A DNA stretch of 27,968 nt from Deferribacterales bacterium (GCA_050253335.1 JBFWJG010000036.1:1-27968); one strand, 5' to 3'. Counted from the stretch's first letter, positions 1 through 8,335 are shown. Numbers and translations are program-made. The notes: generated from the sequence alone by a model not told the origin.

Positions 1-264
1 AAGCAGGCTGAACCTGCGGAGGTTCACGAGCAGTACCAGCCTAAGACGGGTCTGGATGATCTTTTTGATGATCTGGAAATTGTCGTGGAAAAAGAGGAAG
101 CTCCGAAAAAAGATGTTCCGGAAGCAGGCGAGATCAGCCTTGATGACCTGACTTTTGATTTTGACGGAGGCACAAAACCCTCAGGCGGAGCCGAACCTGC
201 AAAAAAACAGGAAAGAGCACCGTCAATAACCTCCGGCGCTCTTGATGAGCTTCTGGAAAAATAG
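1..264 (+). CDS. 3' end of an unknown gene; acidic, low-complexity C-terminus (partial)
   Basis: Frame 1 is open from base 1 to TAG at 262-264 (KQAEPAEV...LDDLFDDLEI...ALDELLEK*); the next gene starts 6 bp later. Confidence 0.75.
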   Translation, partial: KQAEPAEVHEQYQPKTGLDDLFDDLEIVVEKEEAPKKDVPEAGEISLDDLTFDFDGGTKPSGGAEPAKKQERAPSITSGALDELLEK

Positions 265-270
265 AGCGGG

Positions 271-2451
271 ATGTTCGGATTAACTGAGCGCAAAAAAAAA
301 CTGATGCTGCTTAAAGGAAAGTTTACTCTCAAGCGGATAGGGCTTTATGCTCTTCTGCTTGCCGCTCTTGCGGCGGTTAATCTTGCCGCCGGCTCAAACA
401 TAGTCAACACCGGATTCCCCTGGTACTCCAACGTATCAATCTTTCTTCTTATAAACATAAACATCATCCTGCTTCTTGTGGTTTTCATCCTGATTTTCCG
501 CAACCTCGGGAAAATGCTGGCGGAACGGCGGAAAAACATCTTCGGCGCACGCCTGCAAAGCAAGCTGGTTATGTTTTCCGTAATACTTACCGTTATCCCT
601 GTCTTCATTGTTTTCGCGTTTTCAAGCACGGTCATCAACAAAAGCATAGACAAATGGTTTGACGCGCAGATAGAGCAGGCGCTGAAAAGCTCCATAGACC
701 TCATGCAGAAATACCAGAACAGGCTTGAACAGGATATTATCGAGCAAAGCAGCAACCTGTCCCAGATTATATCAAGCCGCGACTTTATGCAGGTGAGGTA
801 CAAAAAAGAGTTGGACGCCTTTATCAAGGAATATTCTGCCAAAAACCAGCTCGACGGCATAGCCGTGTACAACAATCAGGAAGCGAAGATAAGCTCCGAA
901 GAGAAGGGGGGATTCTTCTTCTTCTCCTTTGTTAACGGGGATGTGGTTAATGAGATTCTCAGCAAGCAGAGAGTCGCCCGCTACGAGTTCTTCGGCTATG
1001 AGCAGATCTACTGGGTCGGGCATCCTGTTGTTTCCAAAAGCAACGATAATCTTGTTCTCGGCGCTGTTTTCATTTACCGCAAGGTTCCGGCCAACGAGGC
1101 GGAAAAAGTCTCCAAGATTCTCGATTCATACAATAACTACAGCCAGACGCAGTTTTTCGCAGAGCCTGTGAAAAACTCATACAAGCTGCTTCTTGTGCTC
1201 ATGACTCTCCTTGTGGTTTTTGCGGGGATATGGGGCAGTCTTATCTTCTCAAAGGGGATAACCCAGCCGCTGGAAAAGCTTGCCGAGGCCTCCCTCAACG
1301 TGTCCAGAGGCAATCTTGATGTCAAGCTTGAATCCGTGGGCGAGGATGAGGTGGGGGTTCTCACCGGAGCCTTCAATGACATGGTAAAAAGGCTCAAGGA
1401 GCACAACGAGGAGCTTAACCTCAAAAATGAAAAACTGGCTGAAATGTTCATGCAGATAGCAAAGGACAACCAGTATATCGACACGGTTTTCAAGAATGTT
1501 AAGTCCGCCATTGTGCTTTATGACGAAACCCTGCATCCGCTGAAATATAACGATCCGGCGGAAGCGCTGAGGATAAACAACCCTGACTCATTTGAGAGCA
1601 ATGTTATAAACGAACTCCGTGAGTTCATGCTGAGCACCAAGGCCTCGAAGCATTTTCAGACCGAGCTCACCGCCGGAGATGACCTGCGTACCTTTGCCGT
1701 GACCATAACGAAGCTTTACGGTGCGGACAACAGCGTGGAAAATGTGGTTATGGTGCTTGACGACCTTACGGATATTATCCAGAACCAGCGAATGAACATC
1801 TGGCGCGAGATAGCAACCAGAATCGCCCATGAGATAAAGAACCCCCTCACCCCCATAAAGCTTACCGCCGAGAGGGTGAAAAAGCGTCTCGGAAAAACCC
1901 TTGAGGGCTCCGAAAAAGAGCTTGTGAACAGCAGTATGGACACAATTATAACCGAGGTGAACGAGCTCCAGAACATGGTGAACGAGTTTAACTCATTCTC
2001 CCGTCTGCCGGATCTGACCAAAGGCATTTTCAACCTGCGTGAACTGCTGGATGAGGTGACCGATTTCTACCGTCAGTCCCACCCGGACATCGAATTTGTT
2101 TATGAAAGCCGCGACTGCCGGATTAATGCCGACAGAAATCAGCTGAAGCGTGTTTTCTACAATCTTCTGAACAACGCCATACATGCGATGGAGAAAAACG
2201 GCAGAATAATCCTTTCCGTAACTGAAACGGAAGAGCTGTACTGCATAACCGTTGAGGACAACGGAGCGGGGATAGCGCCGGAGGACATCGGCAGGGTGTT
2301 TGTGCCTTATTTCAGCAAAAAAGCAGAAGGAACGGGGCTTGGGCTTGCCATAGTCAAGAAGATTGTTGACGAGCACAACGGAACAATTACAGTGGAGAGC
2401 AGGCAGGGCGAATACACCAGATTCAGCCTTGAACTGCCCAAAGGGGTGTGA
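271..2451 (+). CDS. ntrY: NtrY-like membrane sensor histidine kinase (TM helices, HAMP, PAS-like, HisKA, HATPase)
   Basis: SIDKWF motif, H-box WREIATRIAHEIKNPLTPIKL, N-box NLLNNA, G-boxes DNGAGI and GTGLGL. The start may instead be the ATG at 304. Confidence 0.88.
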   Translation: MFGLTERKKKLMLLKGKFTLKRIGLYALLLAALAAVNLAAGSNIVNTGFPWYSNVSIFLLININIILLLVVFILIFRNLGKMLAERRKNIFGARLQSKLVMFSVILTVIPVFIVFAFSSTVINKSIDKWFDAQIEQALKSSIDLMQKYQNRLEQDIIEQSSNLSQIISSRDFMQVRYKKELDAFIKEYSAKNQLDGIAVYNNQEAKISSEEKGGFFFFSFVNGDVVNEILSKQRVARYEFFGYEQIYWVGHPVVSKSNDNLVLGAVFIYRKVPANEAEKVSKILDSYNNYSQTQFFAEPVKNSYKLLLVLMTLLVVFAGIWGSLIFSKGITQPLEKLAEASLNVSRGNLDVKLESVGEDEVGVLTGAFNDMVKRLKEHNEELNLKNEKLAEMFMQIAKDNQYIDTVFKNVKSAIVLYDETLHPLKYNDPAEALRINNPDSFESNVINELREFMLSTKASKHFQTELTAGDDLRTFAVTITKLYGADNSVENVVMVLDDLTDIIQNQRMNIWREIATRIAHEIKNPLTPIKLTAERVKKRLGKTLEGSEKELVNSSMDTIITEVNELQNMVNEFNSFSRLPDLTKGIFNLRELLDEVTDFYRQSHPDIEFVYESRDCRINADRNQLKRVFYNLLNNAIHAMEKNGRIILSVTETEELYCITVEDNGAGIAPEDIGRVFVPYFSKKAEGTGLGLAIVKKIVDEHNGTITVESRQGEYTRFSLELPKGV

Positions 2452-2452
2452 C

Positions 2453-3817
2453 ATGAAGACGCTCATTATTGATGATGAAAAAAATATATGCACCACGATA
2501 CAGGGAATCCTTGAGGATGAAGGCTATGAGGTGGATTACGCACTGACCTTCTCCGAAGGCTATGAAAAGCTCAAGAGCCAGATGTATGACTTCCTCTTTC
2601 TGGATATATGGCTGCCGGACAAGGACGGAATAGAGGGGCTGAAGGAGATAAAGCGCTACTACCCCGAAATTGAGGTGGTTATGATAAGCGGCCACGGCAA
2701 CATAGAAAACGCCGTGGAGGCCATACGCTTCGGTGCTTGGGACTTCCTTGAGAAGCCGCTTTCCCTTGAGCGCATAGTTCTCATAGTCAAGCACCTTGAG
2801 GACAAGCTAAAGCTGATACACGACCTGCGTGAATACAAGTTCAACACCCTTAAAAGATATGATCTTATCGGCACTTCCTCCCGCATGTCGGAGCTGAAAA
2901 AGAAGATAGAGAAAATAGCCCCCACAAACGCATGGGTGATGATTACAGGGGAAAACGGAACAGGCAAGGAGCATGTCGCCAGACTTGTGCATATGCTCAG
3001 CAAGCGGGACAAGAAAAACTTTGTGGAGATAAACTGCGCCGCCATACCGTCCGACCTTATAGAGAGCGAGATGTTCGGTCATGAAAAAGGCTCATACACA
3101 GGAGCCCACGCCACCACAAAAGGCAAGTTTGAGATGGCGGACGGCGGAACCGTTTTTCTGGATGAAATAGGGGATATGGAGCTTGCGGCGCAGGCAAAGC
3201 TGCTCCGTGTGCTTGAAACCAGCCAGTTTACCCGTGTGGGCGGGAATGAGCTGATCAGTTCTGATTTCAGGCTCATCTGCGCCACCAACAAAAACCTTGA
3301 GGAGGAGATAAAAGCGGGCAACTTCCGCGAGGATCTCTATTACCGCATAAATGTTGTTCCCTTCGTTGTTCCCCCGCTTCGTGAGCGCAGCGAGGATATA
3401 CCCTCCCTTGTGAACTTTTTTGTGCGTGAAGCCTGTTCCATGAACGGAATGCCGCTTAGGAAGATAGATGACGAGCTTATGATCGCCTTCACCCGCTTTG
3501 CGTGGCCGGGCAACGTCCGCCAGCTTAAAAATATCGTGGAGCGGATGGTGGTTCTGGCGGATGAGGACACGCTCACGGTCGAGGATGCGCCTTCGTTTCT
3601 TCTGGGTGCGCCGGAAAAACCTGTTAAGTATGACATAGAATTCAGCTACACTTTGAAGCACGCCAAAGAAAATTTTGAGAAATATTACATCCAGAATGTT
3701 CTAAAGAATAACGCATGGAACATAAGCAAATCGGCTAAGACTCTGGACATCGAGAGAACCTATCTTCACAGGAAGATAAAGCAGTACGATTTGGACAAAG
3801 ACAAAAACGGCGGCTGA
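2453..3817 (+). CDS. ntrX: NtrX-like sigma54-type response regulator (REC, AAA+, Fis HTH)
   Basis: Start moved to ATG 2453 (MKTLIIDDE), just after the kinase stop. LDIWLP receiver Asp, Walker A GENGTGKE, GSYTGA loop, FLDEIG, WPGNVRQL, C-terminal HTH. Confidence 0.9.
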   Translation: MKTLIIDDEKNICTTIQGILEDEGYEVDYALTFSEGYEKLKSQMYDFLFLDIWLPDKDGIEGLKEIKRYYPEIEVVMISGHGNIENAVEAIRFGAWDFLEKPLSLERIVLIVKHLEDKLKLIHDLREYKFNTLKRYDLIGTSSRMSELKKKIEKIAPTNAWVMITGENGTGKEHVARLVHMLSKRDKKNFVEINCAAIPSDLIESEMFGHEKGSYTGAHATTKGKFEMADGGTVFLDEIGDMELAAQAKLLRVLETSQFTRVGGNELISSDFRLICATNKNLEEEIKAGNFREDLYYRINVVPFVVPPLRERSEDIPSLVNFFVREACSMNGMPLRKIDDELMIAFTRFAWPGNVRQLKNIVERMVVLADEDTLTVEDAPSFLLGAPEKPVKYDIEFSYTLKHAKENFEKYYIQNVLKNNAWNISKSAKTLDIERTYLHRKIKQYDLDKDKNGG

Positions 3818-5038
3818 GTGAAAAAACTTATAAACATTTTTTTTGAGGCTGTTCAGGGGGTCATCTCCTACAGGCTCAGAACCTTTCTTTCCGTTTTCGC
3901 CATAGGTCTGGGGATTGCGGCGGTGACCCTTGTTGTCGCCGTGGTCAACGGAGCCTATAAATCCGTAACCGAACTCATAAGCACCTTCGGGCCTGATACC
4001 GTCATGGTCTTCGGGGGCGGCAGAAATGTGGCGGGACACGGCTTCCGCTCCATGACAATCACCGTGGACGATGTGCAGGCGGTTAAGGATGCCTTCCCCA
4101 CAGCCTACAGCGTTCACCCTTTTCTGCCCAACGCTGGTACAAGGATATCCTACAGAGACAAGCACCACAGAGCTTTTGTCATAGGAACCCCCACGGCATA
4201 CACTGCCATGGAATCATGGGAGCTTACCTCGGGAAGGGATATTCTGCCCATTGATCAGGAATCCGCGGCGAACGTCTGTATTCTTGGCGACACAGTGAAG
4301 AAAACCCTTTTTAGCGAGTCCGAAGACCCCATAGGGAAATATGTGAAGGTAAACAGCTTTTACTGTCAGGTCATAGGAGTTCTGAAGCCTGTCTCCTTCA
4401 TGGGGATGCGGGGCGATATGAATGACAGGTTCATAATGCCCATGTCCGCCGTGATGAAGCGTATCTCCGGCCAGTACAAGCATATAATGATGCTGAGGGT
4501 GAGCTTTGAGGATATGGAAAACCTCAAGCAGAGAGCGGCGGAGCTGGAAAGCTTCCTGCGGATGCGGCATAACCTTGCTGACGATCAGGACAGCGACTTT
4601 ATGATAATCAGTCCGGATATGATAATGAAGTTTTTCTTCGCAATCAGCGGGGCGATAATGGTCTTCATCGGTATAATGACCCTGCTCACTGTTTCCGTGG
4701 GCGGCTTTGTCATGGCGAACATGTTTCTCATCTCCGTTCAGGAGCGCACAAAGGAGATAGGCATAAGGCGTGCCTTCGGAGCCACAAAGTCCGACATTTT
4801 CAGGCAGTTCATCCTTGAGTTCGGCATAATAACGGTTCTGGGAGCTCTGCTTGGTTTTGTTCTCGGCGCGCTTGGGGCTAAGGCGGTTTCCGGTTTCGGC
4901 ATATTCACAGCGGAGATCTCTCTCGGCGTGTTTTTTGCGGCTCTGGCTGTTTCCGTGCTTATTGCGGCGGTGTTCGGCACTGCGCCTGCGGGCAGGGCGG
5001 CCTCCGTTAACCCCATTGACGCCATAAGGAGCAGATGA
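3818..5038 (+). CDS. MacB/FtsX-family ABC transporter permease
   Basis: RTFLS..IGLGIAAV N-terminal TM, large periplasmic domain, SVQERTKEIGIRRAFGA, C-terminal PAGRAASVNPIDAIR. GTG start abuts the upstream TGA. Confidence 0.92.
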   Translation: MKKLINIFFEAVQGVISYRLRTFLSVFAIGLGIAAVTLVVAVVNGAYKSVTELISTFGPDTVMVFGGGRNVAGHGFRSMTITVDDVQAVKDAFPTAYSVHPFLPNAGTRISYRDKHHRAFVIGTPTAYTAMESWELTSGRDILPIDQESAANVCILGDTVKKTLFSESEDPIGKYVKVNSFYCQVIGVLKPVSFMGMRGDMNDRFIMPMSAVMKRISGQYKHIMMLRVSFEDMENLKQRAAELESFLRMRHNLADDQDSDFMIISPDMIMKFFFAISGAIMVFIGIMTLLTVSVGGFVMANMFLISVQERTKEIGIRRAFGATKSDIFRQFILEFGIITVLGALLGFVLGALGAKAVSGFGIFTAEISLGVFFAALAVSVLIAAVFGTAPAGRAASVNPIDAIRSR

Positions 5039-5039
5039 A

Positions 5040-6254
5040 TTGAGATACCTGCTTACCTTTAAGATAGTTATAGACGTTCTGCGTGCATATAAGGTGAGAA
5101 CCGCTCTGGCGGTTACCGGAGTTCTGCTCGGCACATTCGCCGTGATTCTGGTGACAAGCCTCACGGCATCGCTGGAAAAAAAGGTGCGCGAGGAGATAGA
5201 CAAATTCGGCGAAAACACGCTCACAGTTGTTGCGGGCAAGGTGCGCAGGAGAGCCTCCGCACAGGTGATATATCAGTCCACATCCCTTAAACCGTCCGAC
5301 CTCAGGGATATTCGTGATGAAGTGAACGGAGTGAAGGCGGCGGAAGCCTTCACCATGCGCACTGCTCTTGTCACCTACAGCGGCACAACCATAAGCACCA
5401 GCGCAACAGGCGTCACGCCGGACGGATTCAGGCTGAAAAACCTTGTAATAGAGAACGGCGGCATGTTCACCGATGCGGACAACAGAAATATGGCTCGGGT
5501 CTGCGTAATAGGTTCCGAGGTGAAGACAAAACTTTTCGGGAATACCGATCCGGTGGGCAGAACAATCCTGATATACCGTGTTCCGTTTATCGTCACCGGA
5601 GTTCTGGAACCGATGGGGACGGATCTCACGGGGGCAAGCCTTGATGATGTTCTGGTGATGCCGCTGAACACCCACATGAAGCGCATAACCAATGTGGACT
5701 ATGTGGACGGCATAATGGTGCAGATGTACAGATACGAGGACGAGGCGCAGGTAACCGCCGGAACTCAGAACGTATTGAGACGAAACCACAAAATCACGAA
5801 AGGGAAGGAAGATGATTTTGACATTATCTCACCTTCTGATATGATGGAGATGCGCACCAAGGCGCTTAACATTGTGAGCTTTCTCGGCAATATCACCGCC
5901 GCAGTCAGTTATCTCATAGGCGGGCTGGGGATATTCTCCATAATGCTGCTTATCGTCGGCCAGCGCAGGCAGGAGGTAGGCATACGCAGAGCAGTGGGCG
6001 CCCGCAGGCGGGATATAATGCGCCAGTTTCTGGGCGAGTCCGCGTTCATCGGCCTCAGCGGCGGATTTCTTGGCGGGGCTTTAGGTTTTCTTGTGTGTTA
6101 TGCGGTTTTCGCTACTGGGAAGCTTCCTTTTGCCTTCAGTTCGTCAGGTGGCATCGCGGCGTTTGTGTCATCATTGTTCATAGGTGTGGTAGCCGGAGCT
6201 TACCCTGCGTCGATGGCCGCCAAAGTCAAGCCTGTGGACGCGCTGAAAAGCTGA
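5040..6254 (+). CDS. MacB/FtsX-family ABC transporter permease (second paralogue)
   Basis: QRRQEVGIRRAVGARRRDIMRQFLGES and YPASMAAKVKPVDALKS; TTG start. Confidence 0.92.
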   Translation: MRYLLTFKIVIDVLRAYKVRTALAVTGVLLGTFAVILVTSLTASLEKKVREEIDKFGENTLTVVAGKVRRRASAQVIYQSTSLKPSDLRDIRDEVNGVKAAEAFTMRTALVTYSGTTISTSATGVTPDGFRLKNLVIENGGMFTDADNRNMARVCVIGSEVKTKLFGNTDPVGRTILIYRVPFIVTGVLEPMGTDLTGASLDDVLVMPLNTHMKRITNVDYVDGIMVQMYRYEDEAQVTAGTQNVLRRNHKITKGKEDDFDIISPSDMMEMRTKALNIVSFLGNITAAVSYLIGGLGIFSIMLLIVGQRRQEVGIRRAVGARRRDIMRQFLGESAFIGLSGGFLGGALGFLVCYAVFATGKLPFAFSSSGGIAAFVSSLFIGVVAGAYPASMAAKVKPVDALKS

Positions 6255-6259
6255 AAGAA

Positions 6260-6695
6260 TCCCATGGAAGGAGAATTTTTTATTATTATAAGAGATTCTT
6301 CGCTCTGCTCAGAATGACTTAGATAAATCCCACGGATGGGATTTCGCCGTGCGCAGCGAAGGGCGGTTTATCCGCCCGCGAGCGTGTATAAAAAATTGTC
6401 AGCAGGCTTGGTGCAGAAACCGCCGGAACCTAAGCGGCGGTTTTCCATGGAAGGAGAATTTTTTATTATTATATCAGATTCTTCGCTCTGCTCAGAATGA
6501 CTTATATAAATCCCACGGAAGGGATTTCGCCGTGCGCAGCGAAGGGCGGTTTATCCGCCCGCGAGCGTGTATAAAAAATTCCCATGGAAGGAGAATTTTT
6601 TATTATTATGGACAGATTCTTCGCTCTGCTCAGAATGACGGTTTTGGAATGTTTTTTCCTGATACGTCATCCTGAACCCGAAGGGTGAAGGATCT
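6260..6695. repeat. Modular palindromic (REP/BIME-like) tandem array, about 2.4 copies of a 137-bp unit plus an inverted REP
   Basis: CCATGGAAGGAGAATTTTTTATTATTAT starts at 6262, 6445 and 6582 (periods 183 and 137 bp). AGATTCTTCGCTCTGCTCAGAATGAC at 6293, 6476 and 6614. A related inverted copy lies at 6665-6695. Confidence 0.92.
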
Positions 6696-6721
6696 CAGAA
6701 ATTTTTTTAAGGCAGGTTTTT

Positions 6722-7198
6722 ATGAAATCAGTACGTTACATGATAATGTCACTCACGCTGTTTATCGTGGCGTTCGGGATGATCTACTATATAAGCAGGT
6801 TTATGGGTTCAGAGTCTGACTTTGATTCCTTTCAGCAGTCCACAGGGAAGGGCAGCTTCGCCTCCGTTGAAAAAAGCAAGGAGGACGGCGTAAGTACGGT
6901 TCTTTTCAGGGGCATGAAGCTGTTTACAAACGGTTCAGGGCTTTCTTATGTATGCACGGGCGACATGACGGCGAAAACCGCAGATGATGAATCAGCCAAA
7001 ATGATAATGAAATACAGATACGATATTCTCAATTACGCTCCGCAGGCGCTCAGCCCGCTGAAGGACTTTTCCCCGGAATCGCTGAAAACTGCCGCCGCCG
7101 AAACCGCAAGGCTTTATAAGGAAAAAAGACAGATCCCCGCTGATGTGGAGTTCGCCTTTGTAAACTGGAACTGCACCCCCGTCAGCAAGCAGAACTGA
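6722..7198 (+). CDS. Hypothetical single-pass membrane protein, possibly FliL-like
   Basis: 158-aa ORF with an N-terminal hydrophobic helix, SD-like AGGCAGG upstream and a terminator-like hairpin downstream. Confidence 0.75.
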   Translation: MKSVRYMIMSLTLFIVAFGMIYYISRFMGSESDFDSFQQSTGKGSFASVEKSKEDGVSTVLFRGMKLFTNGSGLSYVCTGDMTAKTADDESAKMIMKYRYDILNYAPQALSPLKDFSPESLKTAAAETARLYKEKRQIPADVEFAFVNWNCTPVSKQN

Positions 7199-7215
7199 TC
7201 CGTAACTGTTCCCGC

Positions 7216-7247
7216 AGGGTGAGGCTGAGCTTTGCCCTTTCCTTTTT
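7216..7247 (+). terminator. Probable intrinsic terminator after the 6722-7198 gene
   Basis: AGGGTGAGGC-TGA-GCTTTGCCCT stem (with G:U pairs) followed by TTCCTTTTT. Confidence 0.55.
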
Positions 7248-7272
7248 AATTCAGAAAAACTGATAATTTTTT

Positions 7273-7301
7273 TTGACTTTTTCCCGATGAAGATCTATTC
7301 T
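7273..7301 (+). promoter_or_regulatory. Sigma70-type promoter of the lexA cassette
   Basis: TTGACT (7273-7278), 17-bp spacer, TATTCT (7296-7301). Confidence 0.7.
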
Positions 7302-7312
7302 TAATCTATAAG

Positions 7313-7328
7313 GCGAACATTTGTTTGC
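7313..7328. promoter_or_regulatory. Putative LexA operator (GAAC-N4-GTTY type SOS box)
   Basis: Imperfect palindrome GCGAAC-ATTT-GTTTGC just downstream of the -10 of the lexA promoter; fits the Firmicutes/Actinobacteria-type box. Confidence 0.7.
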
Positions 7329-7359
7329 TTTTGTTGCGGTTGTGTGCTGTGTCACTGCG

Positions 7360-7474
7360 AGCGAAGGGCGGTTTATCCGCCCGCGAGCGTGTATAAAAAA
7401 TTGTCAGCAGGCTTGGTGCAGAAACCGCCGGAACCTAAGCGGCGGTTTTCCATGGATGGAGAATTTTTTATTAT
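7360..7474. repeat. Dispersed copy of the array modules inside the lexA 5' leader
   Basis: Near-identical to about 6355-6469, with one change seen (CCATGGATGG versus CCATGGAAGG). Confidence 0.92.
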
Positions 7475-7494
7475 CAATAAAGGGAGGTTGTAAC

Positions 7495-8106
7495 ATGTCT
7501 GAACCCACAAAAAGGCAGAAGCAGTTTCTGGATTTTATCGAAGAATTCACGGAGGCGAACGGATATTCGCCTTCACTCCGCGACATCGGCGAAGGGCTCA
7601 ATCTCTCCTCCACTGCCAGTGTGAAAAAGATGCTGGACAGGCTGGCGGAAAGCGGATTCATCCGCCGTGCGTCATCCTCCGCTAGGGGGATAGAGCTGAT
7701 GAGGAAGCGCTCCATCCCTGTTATAGGAAGGATCAAGGCGGGGATGCCTGTTATGTCCGAGGAAAACCTTGAGGGCTATATCTCTGTGAAGGATCTGGTA
7801 AGATCCGATTCGTTCTTCCTCCGTGTGGAAGGGGACAGTATGAAAAATAAGGGCATTCTGGACGGTGATTTCGCTCTTCTCCGCCCCAGTCCCGTTATTG
7901 ACAACGGAAAGATAGGCGCCTTCCGCCTGAACGGAGAGATAACACTGAAAACCTTCCGCAGAAACAGGGAAGGAATGTTCCTTGTACCTGAGAATGACGA
8001 CTACCCCATTATCCCTGTGCACGACGGGGACGACTTTGAGGTTATCGGCATTCTGGACATGGTTCTCCGCTTCTTCAAAGGCAGTTATGATATTAAATAT
8101 TCATGA
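7495..8106 (+). CDS. lexA: LexA SOS repressor (S24 autopeptidase)
   Basis: ATG 7495 follows SD AGGGAGG. Winged HTH YSPSLRDIG...SSTASV, Ala-Gly cleavage site IKAG, catalytic Ser GDSM and Lys TLKT. Confidence 0.93.
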   Translation: MSEPTKRQKQFLDFIEEFTEANGYSPSLRDIGEGLNLSSTASVKKMLDRLAESGFIRRASSSARGIELMRKRSIPVIGRIKAGMPVMSEENLEGYISVKDLVRSDSFFLRVEGDSMKNKGILDGDFALLRPSPVIDNGKIGAFRLNGEITLKTFRRNREGMFLVPENDDYPIIPVHDGDDFEVIGILDMVLRFFKGSYDIKYS

Positions 8107-8335
8107 GAAAATCCGTGTCGGCGCTGTTTTTGACGGCGGATTTCCAAAGCCCGTATGGTTCGGTCTGCACGGTGAAAAGGTGCTGATCAAGGAAGTCTGC
8201 TACAAGTGGAAGGAACGTGAAGGCACTGATGTTATATATAAATTTACTGTGACAGACGGGTTCAATATCTTCGAGATAATGTTCAGCAGTATGGAAGTCT
8301 GCTGGTATCTGGTTGCGATGGATCAGGCGTCATGA
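8087..8335 (+). CDS. 82-aa protein, ImuB C-terminal/DUF6504-like beta domain
   Basis: ATG 8087 overlaps the lexA end; its TGA overlaps the polymerase ATG (ATGA 8332-8335). Pattern PVWF.L.G....I.EV...W........F.V.DG...FEI.F......WYL. Confidence 0.75.
   Translation: MILNIHEKIRVGAVFDGGFPKPVWFGLHGEKVLIKEVCYKWKEREGTDVIYKFTVTDGFNIFEIMFSSMEVCWYLVAMDQAS

Noticed and set aside
4214..5789. Long antisense ORFs (341 aa and 260 aa), likewise 9878-10579, 13020-13757 and 26379-27323
   Set aside because: They are shadows of well-supported genes on the opposite strand and have no recognisable motifs.
6260..6640. CRISPR array (26-bp repeat occurring three times)
   Set aside because: The intervening sequences are over 100 bp and are themselves near-identical repeats rather than unique spacers; no cas genes are in the window.
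6349..6675. 108-aa ORF (and 6095-6322) across the repeat array
   Set aside because: Translations simply mirror the palindromic repeats; copies switch frame and there is no good RBS.
7321..7494. 58-aa N-terminal extension of LexA in the ORF track
   Set aside because: It starts at a TTG inside the SOS box and reads through the repeat; the real SD and ATG are at 7481-7497.
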